Source of the DNA: Azolla caroliniana
Taxonomy: Eukaryota; Plantae; Polypodiophyta
Assembly (NCBI GenBank): GCA_043228905.1
Contig: JBHGNT010001242.1
Location: forward strand, 1 to 10,707
Direction: 5' to 3'
DNA: 10,707 nt
Shown: positions 8,912-10,707 of the stretch, in pieces
Layout: each line of letters begins with the position of its first letter
How positions within the stretch are numbered: the stretch's first letter is position 1
The notes under the pieces: generated by a model
What the model saw: only the letters and a program-made list of their open reading frames with translations
Database searches by the model: none
Told to the model about the DNA's origin: nothing
Position numbers and translations under genes: made by a program

Positions 8912-9428
8912 TATGGGAATGAATATGAACATTCAACCAGAGGGCGTGTTCTTACAAAAAGAAAGGGACTTCTCATTGTGGAGTGAAAGATGCTAACTGA
9001 TATTGCTTTATTGCTGAACTTACAAGAGCTGTGAATGTGTATACAAATTCTGCTAAAGCTTGTGTTCTTACATAAAGAAAGAGATTTCTCCGGTGAGAAG
9101 ATGAATACATAGTAAATAATATTTTTTTCCTTTCTCAATCTACTATATTGTTTCTCACTTTGAACCTTAACACCTAAGTCCTATATCGTTGGGTTTCCTT
9201 ATATCTCGATGTCCCATTCCGCCTATACTGACTGGAATTGCCACACCCGGAACCAATGTCTAGCCTGCCCTTCGTCTTCATAAGCTGACTCTTGGCCTTC
9301 ATCCTAGCAAAAATCCAAACGATCAGGTTCATTTTGTATTCTCAAGTTCATAAGCTGTGTGGAATGAGTGTACATATTCTGCCTAAACTTGTGTTCTTAC
9401 AAAAAGAAAGGGATTTCTCCTGTGAGAA
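8912..9428. repeat. Three dispersed copies of a ~70-bp motif
   Basis: The core gtgttcttaca.aaagaaag.ga.ttctc occurs at 8946, 9062 and 9391, with similar upstream gaatg...attc segments. Confidence 0.75.
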
Positions 9429-9659
9429 TGTAGAAAATGCAGGGATCTTAAGACTAACTCTCACACAGCATGATCACTTAGAAGACTTAAGGAAAAATTA
9501 GTAGATTAGAAAAACGATCTTGTGATTACAAAGATATAGAATGGTTTGTATAACCAATATCTACAGGTAGCAGGAAACCCAACAATCACTTAACTAGGCT
9601 CACACTATTCAAACTATGTTCTCACCAAAGCTTTCATAGGATACACATTAAGTGTAACA
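9429..9659 (-). repeat. 3' LTR (~231 bp) of the copia element
   Basis: Begins TGTTA directly after the PPT and ends TTCTACA. Contains a TATA-like ctatatctttgtaatc. The left boundary coincides with the point where the flanking host repeat (…gtgagaa) stops matching its sister copy at 9062-9099. Confidence 0.72.
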
Positions 9660-9661
9660 AA

Positions 9662-9668
9662 CCTCCCT
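9662..9668 (-). other. Polypurine tract (PPT) of the copia element
   Basis: AGGGAGG on the minus strand, 2 nt before the TG that starts the LTR. Confidence 0.7.
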
Positions 9669-9699
9669 GAAGTGAAAGGTGTGAACTTGAATGTTGTCA

Positions 9700-10707
9700 C
9701 TATCCAGGTGTTGGAAGAATACCCAATTCCTTGCAAAACTATTCAAACTTTCCTTTGGATAGAGCCTTTGTAAGAATTTCTGCAACATTTTCATGAGTTT
9801 GTACATAGACCAAGTTTATCACTTTAGCATGGACCACCATGGAACTGCTCCCTCACATAATGATAGTGCACCTCAATGTGTTTTGTTCGTGCATGGAAGA
9901 CGGGATTTCTTGCAATAGCCAAGGCACTTTGAACACACTGTTATTTAGTGCTGAATGCTGCTCTATATTCGGCTTCACAACTTGATGTTCAGCTCTTGGC
10001 TGCTTCTTGCTGAGCCAGGAAACACAGGAATTGCTGATCATGAAACTATTGCCACTGTGTGATACATGAGTGTCGATGCAGCCACCCCAATCACTATCAG
10101 TGAAGGTTGTTAGAGTAGATGAATTTCCTTCTCCATAGAAGCGGCGGAAATCCATAGTGCCACTGAGGTAATGGAAAACCCGCTTGGCTGCTTGCCAATG
10201 CTTTGTTCCAGGGATATGCATAAACTTGCTTAATTGTGAAACTGCATATTGAATATCAGGTCGTGTGTTGCACAAAAATATCAAACAACCTACAGCTTGC
10301 TGGTATAAGAGTACATTGGTCAGTTCTCCTTTGTCTTGATATGCGAATTTGAAACCTGCTTCTCCAGGAGTGGAGATTGGTTTGCACTCTTCAAATCTGA
10401 ATCGTTGTAGGAGCTTCTCGATGTACTTTGGTTGACTCAAAAAACTCCCCTCCTTCAACAGTAATGAATTGAATGCAGAGTGGTAATGGTGGTGACCGAC
10501 ACTTGTAGGTTCAAATATCTTACTAAGATCAGCTTTGAAATCTGCAATTTCTTGCTCATTAGGTCCTGTTATTAGCAAATCATCAACCTAAAGCACAACA
10601 ATTAGTAATTTTTCTCCATCCTTTTGTATATAGGGAGTGCTTTTGGTTGGGCTGTTCACAAAACCAAGTTGAAGGAGATGAGCCTGGATCATTGCGTTCC
10701 ATGCACG
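9700..10707 (-). pseudogene. Copia pol relic: reverse transcriptase C-terminal part and RNase H
   Basis: The catalytic YVDD reads *VDD (TAG at 10590-10588). There is a frameshift near 9990 between KKQP and TSSCEAEY, an internal stop at 9741-9739, and a final stop ending at 9700. Includes ORF 9853..10578. Confidence 0.92.

Larger units (their letters stand above)
9429..10707 (-). mobile_element. Ty1/copia LTR retrotransposon, 3' portion, degenerate; continues beyond the right edge of the window
   Basis: Minus-strand order is RT, RNase H, PPT, then LTR, which is the copia arrangement. Motifs: RAWN, L*VDDLLITG, TRPDIQYAVSQLS, TDSDWGG, SWLSKKQ, SSCEAEYRA, AEILTKAL. Confidence 0.95.

Noticed and set aside
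7750-9501. Short ORFs 7750..7950, 7937..8128, 8281..8559, 8576..8824, 8715..8936, 8833..9138 and 9292..9501
   Set aside because: They are antisense or off-frame readings of the PAO exons, introns and repeats. The shared PQSRMPLILRY peptide simply reflects the exon duplication.
8856-9659. Alternative ~800-bp LTR with perfect TGTTA...TAACA ends
   Set aside because: The TGTTA at 8856 overlaps the canonical GTATGT splice donor of the PAO exon, and the repeat-homology break supports 9429 better. It cannot be fully excluded without the second LTR.

Overview
This is AT-rich, intron-containing eukaryotic DNA, most likely from a land plant with flagellated sperm such as a fern or lycophyte. That is an inference from a ciliary IFT gene sitting beside a plant-type polyamine oxidase and a Ty1/copia element. 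From left to right: (1) the last five coding exons of an intact-looking intraflagellar transport gene IFT56/TTC26/DYF-13 (+ strand, 303-4454), followed by a diverged tandem copy of its terminal exon that keeps its splice acceptor (4571-4627); (2) a ~441-bp hAT-like MITE (6031-6471); (3) an unprocessed polyamine oxidase (PAO2/3/4-type) pseudogene that the ORF track misses (+ strand, ~7488-8852), whose FAD-binding exon start is amplified into a 137-bp tandem array (6928-7537) and which has one exon duplicated in tandem; (4) the 3' end of a decayed Ty1/copia LTR retrotransposon on the minus strand (RT/RNase H relic, PPT, 231-bp LTR, 9429-10707). The recurring theme is short local tandem duplication, three times involving an exon together with its splice acceptor. 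I see no prokaryotic system or CRISPR array. All homology calls come from my recall of family motifs, not from database searches.
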